Shown here piece after piece: positions 53,301 through 64,000 of a stretch of DNA of 64,000 nucleotides; positions within the stretch are counted from its first letter, which is position 1; every line of letters starts with the position of its first letter. The stretch spans positions 5,766,001 to 5,830,000 of the forward strand of contig CM102286.1 in the NCBI GenBank assembly GCA_046563655.1, given 5' to 3'. The DNA comes from Yuukianura sp. NJ FZ-2021 (Eukaryota). Under the pieces are notes generated by a model. That model had not been told where the DNA came from. It made no database searches and was given only the letters and a program-made list of their open reading frames with translations. The translations under genes were made by a program, and so were the position numbers.

Positions 53301-54335
53301 AGGCAAGTCCGGTCGTCATTCAAGTTGTAAATCGTTTTTGATTTTCACATCGTTTGAGGCTTACAGCTCCAGCACTTAAGTATAAATTCGAAAGCTAGAA
53401 TAGAATTGAATTGATGATTACAGATCTGTAGTTCTACGCGTTGGTAGTATTTAGAATTTACTTTTGACGCTGACGCGACATAATTCGAAATCTGAGTCCC
53501 GTTGGGTCAGCAATAGGATTGTTGTTGGCAATTGTTATAGTGTCCTAGTTTGTATGGTTTCTGTAGTGCATATACAGAAGCATCCATCGAACTTCTTCTG
53601 CTTCATATTTACTTAAGTCGATCAATATTGTTGTCGTCTTTTTCTCGAGTCTCCATTCTTATGTCGTTTTAGTACTATAAAACTTGCTTTTAGTTTCCTT
53701 TGTGAAGCTCTTATGCGATAATAGTAGGCGTTGGTCGTATTTTTATTGACACATTTTTCATAATAAAGAAAAAGAAGAGGAAACCGGGAAAACCATTGGA
53801 GTGTCTTTTGAAGTTTCATTGTAAAAGTAACACCGTAGCTTCTAAAAGTTAATATTTGTCCAGCAAGAATGCGTTCTAGATTCACTCCTAAACTGGTACA
53901 AGCAAAAACGACCATTTTTTTCTCAATAAGAGGTAAAAGTAAAGCGCGCTTTGGCAAAAGTTAAAGAACGTCGTCAACAATCCCGAATTGGAGAAACGAT
54001 CTACAGACTTTACTGTTAACAATTTGCCAAGCATATGCTCAGTCTGTAAATTCAGAATGCTACGAGATTCGAAATATAACGCAAGAAAATGGGACGTAGT
54101 GTGGACATTACGCACACTCATTCGCTAATAACTTTAAAATTTGTAAACCTCCGTACGGTTTTGTTGAATCTAATGATAAAAACTACAATTATTTGTATTA
54201 TACATAATTCATTTTATTCTGATAATTAAATTATATGTTACATGATATTACTGTGAATTTGATTCTTGATTGTTGAAATTCCAATTGCGGGGAAAAAGAA
54301 TGTAATGGAATGCATGCAGAATGTTTGCTCCAGAG

Positions 54336-54390
54336 TTCCCGCCCTTTTATTTGAAATTTAAATTCGCTCCACTGGGAAACCGAAATGGCG
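54336..54390 (+). promoter_or_regulatory. Candidate SPT/lace promoter motifs: E2F-like TTCCCGCC, CHR-like TTTGAA, YY1/Pho-like AAATGGCG
   Basis: Motif cluster ~1 kb upstream of the ATG, retained in both copies (also ~39608-39662). These are short motifs with no functional data. Confidence 0.3.
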
Positions 54391-55330
54391 CCAAGCACCA
54401 CTTCTCATTTGAATTCAAACATCAAACAAAGAAAATGATGAAATTGAACTGATGAGTTGAAAGAGTGATGAAGGCTGTTTGTTTTGTTTGCTTATAAAAA
54501 GTAAGCGTGACATTCATCTTCTTCTCTCTGGTTCTGGAATTGGGTTAAATTGGGACGTGGGTTTCCAAAAGGCCGTTTCAGCGGAACAACAAAAGCTGAT
54601 AATTCAACTAACTACAGTTAACAACTCATCTAAACTGCTACTAACGGTAGATAACCTTCGTCCCAATAGCTGCTCACGTAATTACAACATTCCATTATCT
54701 ATCATCGTTTTGTCCATTGTCGTCAATATTATTCTCATTGTTTTTCCAATCTCTACCAGGAAGACGACTCTACCCTGCTACTCAGCCATCTACACGGTGT
54801 AGTAAGTGCTGTTCCGCTGTAACGTACATGGTTCCGTTGTTAATTTAAATCAGGGTCGAAAGATCGAGGAAATAGCCTCATCATCCTTAAAGCCTGAAAG
54901 CCTTCTGAGAATGCGGCAAGGATGATGATCTGCTCAATCTGAATCTCTCGTTTGTGGTGTGATCACATGGACGACTGAAGTTAGTCATTGAGTCGATAGT
55001 ACATAGTTCAGTGGGGCTGGGTACACCACCACTACTAACATCATCAGTCTGTCCATGGTGGTCGTCTACTATAGTCCACAGTTTATACTCACGTCACTAA
55101 CGTGTCTCTTCTTTCGTAATTTACCCACACCCACCCAGTCAGTCAACTTTTAACCCACCAAACATATCCAACCGGGTTCGTTTTTTTGGCACTGTCGGAA
55201 CAGGTGCCACTTGTTCTACCCACTTTCCTCCTCACTCAATTCAAACGAGCTACATTCACTCACATTTCTTTCATTCTTTTATTCTCTCACAGTTCTCGGT
55301 CAGTCAGTGGGTTCGAATCCAACCGACGGA

Positions 55331-58300
55331 ATGGACTACAACGCGGGTTTCTGCGGAAGTGACTGTGTCATTAGAAATGGAGCACGACTCAACGGATTCG
55401 CCAAAAACGGAGGATCACTGAAGACTTCAGCGGTCACCTCTACTCTTACTACTACTGTTCAAAATGGATATCGCCGTGATCTCAAAAATGGACATTCGTT
55501 TGGATCGAATGGATACACTCTGGGCATTGGGGACGGACAACATGTCAAAGAAGGGAACGGAATCAAAAAACCCGAAATACCCGAACAACATCAGCCCAAG
55601 GTTCATATTCCAGCGGACAACTCAGAGTCATGTGATTCGTATTATAAAAATCAATATGGAAAAGCGATCCAAAGGCGACGGAGGGCCAATGTCACCGTCA
55701 AGGAGTCCTTTGAGCAGTGTTCACTTCTAGATGCTCTCTACACTTACATGTGTTATGCTTTCCTGGCGATGGTGGGATACGTCAATGACCTCATCCGACC
55801 CCGGGAATCAACCGAGAAATTCCGAGCGGTAAGCATATTCAGTTTGACGTTACTAAATAATTCATAAATTAATTAATTAATTCTTTGTAATCCCGTGCTC
55901 CAGCTTAATTTAAGACTACAGAGAGGATATTAGGTTCATGTGTTTCGCAATTCCGTTGGACAGGTCCCCATGACACAACACGAAACTCAATACTCAAAGG
56001 GAAGCATCACCGGCCGAAGTATTCTTTTCTGTGCTAAGTTTCGGTATTGATTTATTGCGAACTGAATAATGAAGTGCGGACGTAAGAAATTATTTATTCG
56101 TTGAATTTTTAGAAGGAAGGTCTCCCTACATGCAGTCGAAACCTCCCTTCCTTTCTCTGCCGGAAACCGTAGGTTTTATTGCGTTTTATTTTACACAAAA
56201 GCCGCGTAATGGTCCGAGGCTTCTCCATGGGAAATCAGCGATTCTTCGAAGCGTGTCTTTTACGAACTAATCAGAATATAACCCTGCAAAAAACTTTAAC
56301 ATCATTTAGGCCGTGTTCTGTTAGTGTTGTCTGAAATCTGGAGCTCAACGTTCCACTTACCAAGAGTTTCATAAGATAAGATTCTTAGAACATGTAGCAA
56401 GCGGAAGTGGATTTGCAAAAAAAGCAGTGGGACTGGGTTGACATATCGATATCACCTTTTAAGTCAAATCAAACGCTTTAATGCCAGCGATGTGTCGAGT
56501 GCCGTGATTCAATGGAAGGGAACATTAGCACCGCATTGCGTATGCGTTAGGCAGAGTTTTGGAATTTTTATCAAACAGAAATAGTTTCCTGTGACTGTCA
56601 CTCTTGAATGCAGAAAGGTGTCAAGTTAATTGAAATTGATGAAGTACGGCAACGGTAGTGCTAAATTCTGTCATAGGGGTGACGACCGGCATCAATAATT
56701 CGTCGTGTCAAATAAGGCATGAATCCTGTAGCTTGCTAAAATACTCGTAGTAATATTTCCATGCGCTAATAATGTTGCTAAATAACAAATGATTCTTTTG
56801 TAAATAGACGGTTAAAGGGCCTTAAGTAGCGTTAACTTTGTTTAACTACTTGACTATTCAGGGATTTTAACTCTGTTGAATGTTACAGCCACTAAAAGTT
56901 ATGTACTGTGTATGATGAAAGGAAATTGTGTCAATTACTAATTTGTCGAATATCAGCATGATTGTTGCACAAACATAGTGGCGGTCGGTCTGTACTTATC
57001 AGGGATTTTTCCAGGAACCAGGACCCCCCGTACCCCGCAAAAGTAATCAGCACTTCAAGTTTGACTATTTTATGACGCTCGAAAAACTTCGTGCTGACAC
57101 AAGAGCCTTTGGGATAATGACACTCCATGACTAATTTACTAAAGTCTCTCGATGAATAATTTTACTGTACTAATGAATCCACGAACTAAAACTAAAGTTA
57201 GGTACACAGATCTAAGCATATCATTGGTAGTTGGATGGGAAAAAGTAGAGTAAGGTTGAATGGATAATGTTTTTGGTCTAAATTCGCGTTTTACCCATAA
57301 ATCGTTACATCCGCTGACACTCCTTGTGTCTACTGTCAAAGTTGAATTTTCATTTTCAGACTCCCGGGTGAAAGTTATAACAAACGGAAGGGAGTAGGCT
57401 TAATGTTGGCGTAAACTGTAATACATAAGCCACATGCGATTTTAGATTTTACCAATGTGATAGAACTGGATGATAAGATAGCACTTTATTAATACTTATG
57501 GCTTAAAACGTCCTCAACTGCATCGAACGCAACGTATCTGCTGGAACATCTTTCGCGTGGCTCTCACGCCATGTCATGACTGCGGTTGCTTGCAATGACA
57601 ATCGAATCTAGACTAGGATGAGTCATTCATGCTGCACTGTCGCTTGAACGCTCAAAAGTTATTAAAATGTTGGTCAACTAAAACAATGGGATTTTGGATT
57701 ATGTGGTGAATTTACGGCTGAGGATTAATCTAGCAACTATTAACTAAATGTATCTCTTTCTTTCTTTTCAGGGTTATGTAACACTTTACGCCAGTTTCGA
57801 AAGCTTCTACACACGACATGTGTATCGCAGAGTACGGAATCTTTGGAATATTCCTGTCGCCAGTGTTCCTGGAGAATACATTAATCTCATTGAAAGAGTT
57901 ACTCCAGATAACGGATGGACTTTTGAGTAAGTGTTTAGGAATTAGGAAACTACTTCCCTGTTCTCTTCACCTGAAAAATTTAAATTAATTTGTTTTGCTA
58001 TACAGGTACACTGGAAAGCTGAATAGATGTATAAATATGGGGTCATACAACTATTTGGGATTTGCTGAGAATCACGGCGCATGTTCTCAAGCAGCTATCG
58101 AAACCTGTAAGCATGCTGGTGTTGCAACGGCAGGAACAAGACTTGAACTAGGATCAGCGACCTACCATGACGAGCTGGAGCAATTGGTTGCTAGATTTGT
58201 GGGAACAGAGGATGCCATTACTTGCGGGATGGGCTTTGCAACAAATACGCTTAATATTCCATCCATTTTGGGGAAGGGATGTCTTGTGATCAGTGATGAG

Positions 58301-59612
58301 AAGAATCATGCATCCATTATACTTGGCCTTCGATTGTCTGGTGCTACTATCCGAGTATTCAAACATAACAGTAAGTGTCAATCCTTATGTCTCCGTGAAA
58401 ACCATAATAACCTATTTTATTAAATACATTTGGTTTGCTTTTGTAATTTAGATATGAAGCATTTGGAAAAACGGCTACGAGAAGGGATTATCAGTGGTCA
58501 ACCGAGAACTCATTTGCCTTGGAGAAAAATTTTTATTTTTGTTGAGGGTGTCTACAGTATGGAAGGCTCAATCTGCCGACTTCCGGAGATCATCGAATTG
58601 AAAAAGAAATATGGGGTGGGTTTCAGATAATTTTGATTAATTTCTTGGAATCACCGCCAAATTTGGATCAGCAAAGCAATCATGTTTCTGCGAATCTTTT
58701 GCAGGCCTATATTTACTTGGATGAAGCACATAGCATTGGCGCAATTGGTGAAAATGGCCGTGGTGTTGTGGATTATTTTGGACTAAATCCCACCGACGTG
58801 GATATCTTAATGGGTACCTTTACTAAAAGTTTTGGATCCGGTGGTGGTTACATCGCTGGAACCCATGAACTTATTGAGAAACTCCGCCGAAGAAGCCATT
58901 CTAACCACTACGGAACATCAATGGCTCCAGCAGTTGCTACGCAAATCATGGCCTCTATGAAGATTATCATGGGAGAAGATGGAACTAATGATGGGATTAG
59001 GCGTGTGTCCCGACTCAAGCGAAACTCGCGCTACTTTCGTCAGAAACTGATGCAAAAGGGGTTCATTGTCTACGGAAACGACGACTCACCAGTAGTTCCT
59101 GTTGCGTTGTATTCACCTTCTAAAATCACCTACGTTATTTCCGAGATGATCAAACGTGGAGTAGCGACTGTTGGTGTTGGCTATCCGGCAACCGCCCTTG
59201 TCGAAGGAAGAGCCAGATTTTGCATTTCGGCATCACATACAAAGGAGATGCTAGACAAGGTAAGTTCCTTTATATTTCTATTTTGTAATTATAATCTGTA
59301 AATAGTTAAAATTTAAAATGATTCTTCGAATTTAAAAAAAAGTTAATTCTTATTCTGATGAATGCTTTTATTCCAGACACTCGAAATAGTGGATGAAATT
59401 GGCGGGTAATTAAACTAACAATTTGCTTATTTAGTGGAATTTTCACATTGAGTATATAATGATGTTCTAAAAGTGGCGCTTTGATTAATAGATTTCTTCT
59501 TTTTTCTAGCCATATTAATGCAAAGTCCTCAAAATTGCCTAAAAGAAGTAAAGAAATAATCTACGAAGAGTCTGACGGGGAGGAAGACTTAGAAGAAGAA
59601 GAAATTGATTAA
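55331..59612 (+). CDS. lace: Serine palmitoyltransferase 2 (LCB2/SPTLC2); exons 55331-55828, 57772-57926, 58006-58370, 58452-58615, 58705-59259, 59377-59405, 59510-59612
   Basis: [78 protein letters not shown] (PLP lysine), [11 protein letters not shown]. All exons join in frame. Confidence 0.97.
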
Positions 59613-61102
59613 AATGCCAATTAAGTTAATAATTTGTAGAAAATTCTTATGTTGTGAATTGGTTCGGCGGTCATTCCACTTGCTGTCATACAATCATAAA
59701 TATTTTTGTTGTACAAAACCTAGTTTTACTTTCTGTTTCTAATTTTTGTTCAGTGTAAGATATTTTTTTGTGCGGGGAGTTATCATAAGGTGTCTCTTTT
59801 AAGTTTCGGAACAGTTAGGTACATTATATTTAGTAACATAGACTCTGTATTTCCTTTTCTGTTTTACTTTTAGAACAAGTTTGATGACAGACTGACTGGA
59901 TCTTGTTCAATTGCATGAGCATTTGGAGTGGAAGCTAATAATGTTTTGATGAGTTGACAACTTGACACGCTGAAATCAACCAATCAACCTATCAAAAGTG
60001 CGATTCATGAAATACTATAATGATTAGTCGTAGGGTGTGAATCCATCCAGTCAATAACTGCAAACTAGTGTAATACTACTACTTATTAAATACAATCTCA
60101 TACTTTAGAAGACGCTATAGCACCAAAACAATTTAAAAAGGCCGGTCACCCATACCTGTACTGATGCTAAGTTAAAAAGAAAGAAATAATACGAGAACTC
60201 AATAGGAATTTAATTGCACGTTGTTGTTAACCGTAGTTAACGTTAATACCTTAGACTATTATGGTAGAATTTGTGCTCAAAAGTTCAAAACGTGTCTTGT
60301 TTTTAGAAAAAGAACGGAGAGGGAAGGGGGGTTGTCTACTTATCTTTTTGAAACGTGTGTTACAAGGGGCATTTAAATTTAAAACCGAATGCTTGTCACA
60401 CAGCCAGTGCTGAAATAAATTTTTAGGTAAAAGTAAGCTTATGACGCTTCGCTACTACCGAATACCAACGTTAAATAAATTGATTCAATATGCCTTTTGT
60501 TGACATCGAAATTTTGAACGTTCTTTTCGCTTTCTTTTCAAATCCAGTGATACAAATTTTCATTCTGAAATTCACATTTTGAAAGAGTTGAAAGTTTTGG
60601 ACGAATAATTAATTTTTACTTTACTTTATGCTTTTGGGTATGACGTTTTCACAGGTTTGTGATGCTGAAATCAAAATTTGTGCAATTTTGTAAATATTAT
60701 GAAAAAAAATGTCACTCATGCACATGCGCGCCTACTGACGCTAAACAATGGGTTTCCCAAACTAAAAACTTTGCGAGGTCACTTCCCTCCCCTAGCTACT
60801 ATTCCTTCCGTGGTTCAGGATTATTCATTACGTAAGACATTGAAGATTGCAATGGCCACGTACGCCCACCAAAAGTGAAATTTGGAATATCCCAAAGGTC
60901 ACTGTGTACCTGACGAGTGACTTTGCGTCCGCGTTGATTGAGTATTAAGTAACTGTGAACTATGGGCATGCGAGGATTCTAAGGTCAACCGGAAGGAACT
61001 AACACTTTTGTTTCCTTCTACGGAACTTGTGAATTGCATGGGAACATCAAATAGATGGACACCTAAAGTGTCCATCCATATTTTAATTGGTCCCATTGTC
61101 CT

Positions 61103-61140
61103 TATAAAAGCAGCAAGACGACCATCACACTTCTATTAGT
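61103..61140 (+). promoter_or_regulatory. TATA box + initiator of the Gly-rich protein gene
   Basis: TATAAAA at 61103-61109, TTAGT initiator-like motif ~30 nt downstream, ATG at 61157. Confidence 0.65.
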
Positions 61141-61156
61141 TACAAATCAAGACACG

Positions 61157-62052
61157 ATGAGTCCAGTATTTGTTCTCCTTGTAGCCACGGTGGCACTACT
61201 GGTGCCACAAACAACGGCGGAAGCTGGTAAATTTCTATCATTTCTGTAAATAATTGCTTAAACAAAGTCTAATTTTGGTTGAATTTGGTAGCTTCTGATG
61301 AGTCCAGCATTCCAAGACATCTCACGATTCCAGCTTTGGATGCAGTCAATTTCTACGACGCAGACGCGGCCAGTCCTGGTCATAACCGATTCTCATCCCG
61401 AACTGTTCGTCAGGTGAAATACGGACCTGGATTTGGAGGTATAGTGCCAATTATTGGAGTAAACTCCCAATCACAGTCCCAGTCCCAAGCCCAAACAGTT
61501 ACTGCGAGTCTAAACTTCGGACCCATTGGGGCTTCCATTAGTTCTAGCAACGCCAATGCCCAAAGTCTAAGTCAATCTGGGCAAGGTCATCCTGGAGTAG
61601 GCACTCACTTTGGTTATCCTATAGGATTCGGTCCAGGTTACGGTGGTGGCTTCGGAGGCAGCAACAGTCATGCTTCGGCAGCAGCAAGTTCTGGAAGCGG
61701 TGGTGGGTTCTTTGGTGGTCCAAGTTTCAGCCAAAGCCATGCCTCTGCCAGTGCTGGATCAAGTGGATTTGGACATGGTGGGTACCCGTATGGTGGCGGA
61801 TACTTCCCTGGTGGTGGGTTTGGATACCCGGGAGGTGGCTTTGGAGGATACCATGGAGGACACTACGGTCATCATGGGGGTGGATTCGGTGGACCATATG
61901 GAGGTGGGCTGTACCCCGGGGGTGGATTTGGAGGCGGGTATCCGGGAGGCGCCTTTCTTGGATACGGCAGAGGAGGTCTTCGATCTGGTGGAAGCGGAGA
62001 GACTGAAGCCAAAGCCAGTTCAGAAGCGAAGTCAGGATCAATTAATTTCTAA
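61157..62052 (+). CDS. Secreted Gly/Ser/aromatic-rich protein; exons 61157-61226, 61292-62052
   Basis: Signal-peptide exon MSPVFVLLVATVALLVPQTTAEA, phase-1 intron, RTVR|Q possible furin site, SQSQSQAQ and SHASAAASS blocks, GGF/GGY/YPGG repeats. Confidence 0.85.
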
Positions 62053-62476
62053 CTGTAATAATCGTAAGGTTAATTTATTCTTTGGAAATTGAATTTTTCA
62101 ACGAAAAAGTAATTTGCTTAAACTTGAAAACTAGCTTTAAAACAAAACTTGTTTTATTGATGTTAAGCTCAAAAATCTCATATTCTAAATTATTATTTAA
62201 ACCGTTTAAAGGAAAGGCTTATTAAAAAATGTCGGTACAAAAATTATTTCTTGTGTAACAATTTTTGGAAATGATTCCGTAACTTTTCCAATGTGAAGTC
62301 GAAGAAAAAGATTCCCGGAATGTTTTCAAAAAATTAATCTTCAGGGAATATTTCCGGACAGGAGTTTCTTTGCACCAATTTCACATTTGACCAATTTTTT
62401 TAAACCATCCACGCACGTGTTTCGTCGTGCAAAAATTAAACGCGATGGATTTTGGAGAAAAAAAATTTTTTTTAAT

Positions 62477-62490
62477 GTCACCATGACAAC
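62477..62490. promoter_or_regulatory. RFX X-box
   Basis: GTCACCATGACAAC (reverse complement GTTGTCATGGTGAC), ~150 bp upstream of the ATG of an IFT gene; matches the ciliary X-box consensus. Confidence 0.7.
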
Positions 62491-62639
62491 CATAGCTGTA
62501 CTCTATTGTAACAATTGAAACAAATTTGCAACTTGGGTTTACTTCATACGAGTCCTCTTTGGTCGCTAAAAAGTCCGTTTGTCATTGCGTTGGGTTGTAA
62601 CAAGAACAACGCTGGCTCGTTTCGTTGTTTGAACAGCAC

Positions 62640-64000
62640 ATGAGCAGTGCAGTGGGGACACAATCGGAAAACAGACAACTAAGAAACATGAATTCAGAAA
62701 TTCGACCATTCACGGTACCAACACCAAATGAAATGTACAATCGACCGTACGACGTTGAAGAGGAGCCGAGGGAAGAGCTGGAAGGAACGATAGAGCGATT
62801 CCTTGCTCAGGAATTGGGAAATCCCCCATTTGATTTGGAATTGAACGCTGCCTCGTTCAATTACATGTCCAAAGACGAGCTGCTTGAGGTGATTTATTGA
62901 AAACGCAAGAGCATAATGCAAAACGCAGTTTAAAAATTGAGATGCCTACATTTTCAGATCCTGGACAAAGTTCTGGAAACTGTTAGCCCTGAAAAGATGG
63001 AGACCATTTATGCGGCCGCAAACAAAACAGAACAGATTTTAGACTTTTTGAAAGTTCTATCTTATCCAGGAGTGGGTGAAGGAGAATTTTCGTAAGTTTC
63101 AATTCACAAATTCAAACATTTTGAAAAAACAAACAAACTTGAATTGATCTTCTTCTGGACAGGAAAAATCTTCAAACTGGAATTGAAAATGGAGATGTCC
63201 ACGTCTTGACATCGCTGATGGCGTGGCTCTTGGCCAACATACCACTTCTACAGACTCGAACTTATCTTTCAAAATTCCTGACTCGAGTCGAAGTTCCAGA
63301 CGAAGTATTTTACGAAGACGACGTGTTGAACCTATACGGCCAAGTTTGCATTTTACTAAATAATTAAAATGTAAATCAAAACCCAATATAATTTGTTTCA
63401 TGATATACATTTTTTTCAGTATGAAGAGCTGATTGAAAAGTTCAAAACAACGCTCAAGCGCAGAGAAGCTCTGACACATAAGAAACCACTGGCAGAAGTT
63501 AAAGAAGATGTCATTCAGATTCAGCAAGACATGGACTGCCTTCGGCGTAAACTTGAGATGGCCAAAACAAAAGTTAACAAATAAACCAGTCATAAAAATT
63601 ATTTTCAGTTTTACGAGTGTCCAATTACTTTTTTTTTGCAATTTCCAGACTAATCGATCTCCAGTGTGCGGCGAAGAAATTATTTACGCCATTCGCAACC
63701 TACGATTTCAAAAACAGAAACATTTTGACCTAGTTGATCAAGAAGGATCTGAAATTCGACGTGAACAACAAATGACCGAGCGACTGGAATTCTTGAAAGC
63801 AATGTTCGGTGATGTTTGCAAAAGTTGGCAAAATCTGAATCCAAAATCACTTCTTCAACGCGAGACACAAGAAGTTGTTGTAGTTAGAGAAATTGCGAAA
63901 GTCAAGCTGCCGAAATGTATTGGGCAACTTCGGAGAAAAATCAAAGCCATCAAGTGCGTCACTGAAGATCCACCTCGCACGGTCAATGACCTTGAAAATA
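62640..64000 (+). CDS. IFT81: Intraflagellar transport protein 81 (5' part, runs off window); exons 62640-62888, 62958-63091, 63163-63343, 63420-63572, 63649->64000
   Basis: Spliced translation ...RFLAQELGNPPFDLELNAASFNYMSKDELLE|ILDKVL...ILDFLKVLSY...LMAWLLANIPLLQTRTYLSKFLTRVEVPDE...YGQ|YEELIEKFKT... parallels the IFT81 CH domain and coiled coil (L...PF, LLQVLSDVL, WLL, RAYLARFL.K.EVP.E, QYEELMEAFKT). Upstream X-box. Confidence 0.85.

Larger units (their letters stand above)
42395..56620. repeat. Copy 2 of the direct duplication (probable haplotype B)
   Basis: Starts immediately after the gap; colinear with 25851-41920. Confidence 0.95.

Noticed and set aside
53622..54121. Overlapping minus-strand ORFs between Rtnl1 and lace
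   Set aside because: No recognisable domain or splice structure, and disrupted by the foldback insertion and an indel in the other copy.
61279..62052. Springtail-type Gly-rich antifreeze protein
   Set aside because: Lacks the regular Gly-X-X tripeptide periodicity and is rich in bulky aromatics.

Overview
Eukaryotic, compact, AT-rich genomic window with short GT-AG introns; protein content and promoter motifs suggest an arthropod, but the species cannot be read from the sequence. Left to right: first coding exon of a minus-strand gene running off the left edge (possibly ALDH1L-like); a Pro/Cys-rich orphan ORF; mitochondrial ATP synthase coupling factor 6; a spliced small ORF; HBP1 (AXH + HMG box); glycogen phosphorylase; a multi-isoform reticulon (Rtnl1/Nogo-like); serine palmitoyltransferase 2 (lace); a secreted Gly-rich protein; and the 5' part of IFT81 with an RFX X-box. 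About 14-16 kb (25851-41920 vs 42395-56620) is present twice around a 100-N gap. This is most likely two uncollapsed haplotypes and not a true duplication. Comparing the copies exposes three presence/absence transposon insertions (a HINE/DINE-1-like Helentron derivative, a foldback MITE, a CAC-ended element) plus one shared hAT MITE. No prokaryotic systems, CRISPR arrays, tRNAs or rRNAs were seen. The most speculative biological leads are the head-to-head reticulon/SPT pair and the LIR/FFAT-like motifs in the long reticulon isoform. All homology calls are from my recognition of sequence motifs, not database searches.
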